Assembly: GCA_026770705.1 (NCBI GenBank)
Contig: JANJGN010000021.1
Location: 100,254,001 to 100,318,000, forward strand
DNA from: Isurus oxyrinchus
Taxonomy: Eukaryota
DNA: 64,000 nucleotides
Direction of reading: 5' to 3'
Below the pieces are notes generated by a model that saw only the letters and a program-made list of their open reading frames with translations, was not told the DNA's origin and did no database searches. This document shows, piece by piece, positions 61,580 to 64,000 of the stretch; position 1 is the stretch's first letter; each line of letters begins with the position of its first letter. The position numbers were made by a program, and so were the translations under genes.

Positions 61580-62347
61580 GTAAGTAGCTTTTTGATATTC
61601 ATTCCTGATACATCAGATTGACATAGACCGAAGATGATCAACCTGCCGCCTGGGCGTAAAATGGTGTTTAGGTGTGACCACCAACTATTGAAATAAATAC
61701 ATTTTTATTTCCATCAATTTCATAACGACTCCAGTGAAATACCGGATTCATTAATTAGATACCAATTACGGTATTCATGTCCTCCCATCTATTTCCTATT
61801 GTATATTACACGCTGGAACACCTGTGGATCTGGTCCAATCTCTTTGATATTTACTAATCTGGATACCGGATTGCAGATTTAATCAATTTTATTTTCATAA
61901 TAAGATCGCCTGCAATTAAACCCATCAACTTCGTGCGAATATTCACATAGACACGAGGTGAGACAATTTAATATCTCAGTCCCCCTGAAAATGCATGATG
62001 TCTTAGCAATCAATCTCGAAGATAACCGAGGGAATCGCAAGGGAGAGGATGATGCTTCCGGGGTTACTTCTATTCAATTCAAGCATTTAAGTGACGGGAC
62101 AATAGCCCAAGGGACAGACAGCAACAAAATTGGAAATAGTAAAAGCGAAAATAAGGTAAATAAATAAATAACGGTTAAGACCAGAGAGGAGAGTTGAAGA
62201 CTGTACCTACCTCAGCACTGTACACACAACAGAAAGAGGGAGAGACAGAGAGAGAGAGACAGAGGGATAGACTTCTAATCGTGCCGATGTGCGTGTGTTA
62301 CACTGTATGATGTATTTTACTCCTTGAAGTACAAATTGTGATATCAC

Positions 62348-63072
62348 CCTGCCTCATAGAGCAGTGGATTCAGATTTAACACCAGCGTGCTCCACAAAAC
62401 GATGGATAAAGATTTAACACCAGTCTGCCTCATGGAGCGGAGGAGATAGAGATTTAACACCAGCCTGCCCCACAGAGTGGTGGATACAGATTTAACGCCA
62501 GCCTGCCTCACAGAGTGATGGATAGAGATTTAACACTAGCCTGCCCCACAGGGCGGTGGATACAGATTTAACACCAGCCTGCTTCACAGGGCGATGGATA
62601 CAGATTTAACACCAGTCTGCTTCACAGGGCAATGGATACAGATTTAACACCAGTCTGCTTCACAGGGTGATGGATACAGATTTAACACCAGTTTGCTTCA
62701 CAGGGCGGTGGATACAGATTTAACACCAGTCTGCTTCACAGGGCGATGGATACAGATTTAACACCAGTCTGCTTCACAGGGCAATGGATACAGATTTAAC
62801 ATCACTCTGCTTCACAGGGCGGTGGATACAGATTTAACACCAGTCTGCTTCACAGGGCGGTGGATACAGATTTAACACCAGTCTGCTTCACAGGGCGATG
62901 GATACAGATTTAACACCAGTCTGCTTCACAGGGCGGTGGATACAGATTTAACACCAGTCTGCTTCACAGGGCGGTAGATACAGATTTAACACCAGTCTGC
63001 TTCACAGGGCGATGGATACAGATTTAACACCAGTCTGCTTCACAGGGCGATGGATCCAGGTTTAAGATCAGC
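62348..63072. repeat. 38-bp minisatellite (~19 copies) in NCR3-like intron 1
   Basis: Unit CAGGGCGATGGATACAGATTTAACACCAGTCTGCTTCA; homogeneous centre, diverged left edge. Confidence 0.95.
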
Positions 63073-63657
63073 CTTCAAAATGGAAATGGATACATACTGT
63101 TATATTTGTAGCTTTGTTCTTTAGTTCTAAAAGGGCGATGTTAGCTCGGCCGCCCGCGGTACGCCTGTCCTGAGTTTCATATAAATTCAAAGCAGCAGAA
63201 GTATACAAAGGCTGTCTGATCCGATACCGCCTATTTGACGCCAGCGGCCTGAGTTAGAATAGTCCCCAATAGAAAGGAACATCAGGAAAGGTTGAAAATT
63301 ATTGATCAATCTCATAACTCCCATTTTAAATCACTTAACGTGTTTCTCAGACCACAACAAGTGCACAAAGCATCTACGTCAAGCTGCTTTTCCTGGTTTT
63401 AGTTAATGCTCATTATTTGGAAATGGGCAGTGGTATTTTGAACCGGACAATTCTGTACTCGACCCAGGAGAACATCTTGGAACTAATTTCAAACTGCAAA
63501 ATCGAAATCAAAGTTTCCAGAAGTAATTGCCCTCTAGTTAAAGCTCATGAAATGCAATAAACAATCATAAGCGCAATGTAAGCCATCATTTCGCAACGTA
63601 CCTTAGAACAAAGAAGTGAACTAAATATTTATGAGTAATCTGTTTATCCATCTGCAG

Positions 63658-64000
63658 CGGTTACTGTTGGAAATATCACGGTAATCCAGAGACCGCAATC
63701 CCTCACCAAAGCCATGGGACAAACGGCGGACCTCGGCTGTACATATAAGGGTCCCGCTAGAGTCGGTGGCTACAAGTGGCACAGAGGCACCAAGCAGGGG
63801 AATGAAGTTTCCAACAGTACAGCGGAGTTCAAAGGTAGGGTGTTCGGGACAACTAAAGAGGATTTCAGTGAGAGGAGAAACGCGTCCATTCGAATAATCG
63901 ATCTGCAACCGGAGGACACCGGGTTCTATTTTTGCAAAGTGGAAATGATGGGAATCGGTGTAGCATATGGAGCCGGGACCACAGTGACCGTGATGCGTGG
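63658..64000 (+). CDS. NCR3: NKp30/NCR3-like germline-joined VJ-type Ig domain exon (runs to the window edge)
   Basis: Acceptor tttatccatctgcag|; VTVGNITVIQRPQSLTKAMGQTADLGCTYKGPARVGGYKWHRGTKQGNEVSNSTAEFKGRVFGTTKEDFSERRNASIRIIDLQPEDTGFYFCKVEMMGIGVAYGAGTTVTVMR; B-strand Cys, C-strand Trp, DxGxYxC and GxGT; matches the NKp30 EVxNxTxEFxGR and CxVExxGxG motifs; no stops. Confidence 0.88.

Noticed and set aside
62348-63072. 38-bp array as a CRISPR array (also considered for 27035-27990)
   Set aside because: Head-to-tail units with no unique spacers, vertebrate context and no cas genes
63980-63986. CACAGTG heptamer as an RSS (also at ~9650 and ~43888)
   Set aside because: Lies inside the J-like coding strand or in CR1 tails; no spaced nonamer visible

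Overview
Vertebrate genomic DNA, almost certainly from a shark or other elasmobranch, judging by its CR1, Penelope-like, DeuSINE and RTE repeats and its shark-type MHC class I sequence. There is one assembly gap (10595-10734). Most of the window is transposon-derived. Much of the immune-gene content is missed by the ORF track because it is split into exons. (1) A minus-strand MHC class I heavy-chain pseudogene of the shark UAA-like type: an SXY-like promoter module, a leader exon, no alpha1 exon, an alpha2 exon with two stops that is split by a Penelope-like insertion, and an alpha3 exon lacking its G strand. (2) The first two exons (leader and germline-joined VJ Ig domain) of an apparently intact NKp30/NCR3-like NK receptor gene at the right edge, transcribed divergently. 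(3) A frameshifted C2H2 zinc-finger gene, a tRNA-Arg(CCT) (pseudo)gene, a GPR139-like first exon, and a candidate four-exon uncharacterised gene. This mix suggests an MHC or MHC-paralogous region. Other notable structures: minimal hammerhead-ribozyme motifs in Penelope-like repeats, a minisatellite built from the alpha2 splice donor, a minisatellite separating the class I promoter from its leader, a convergent pair of CR1 elements, and a ~10 kb C-rich/G-rich asymmetric tract. All homology calls come from remembered family motifs; no database searches were run.
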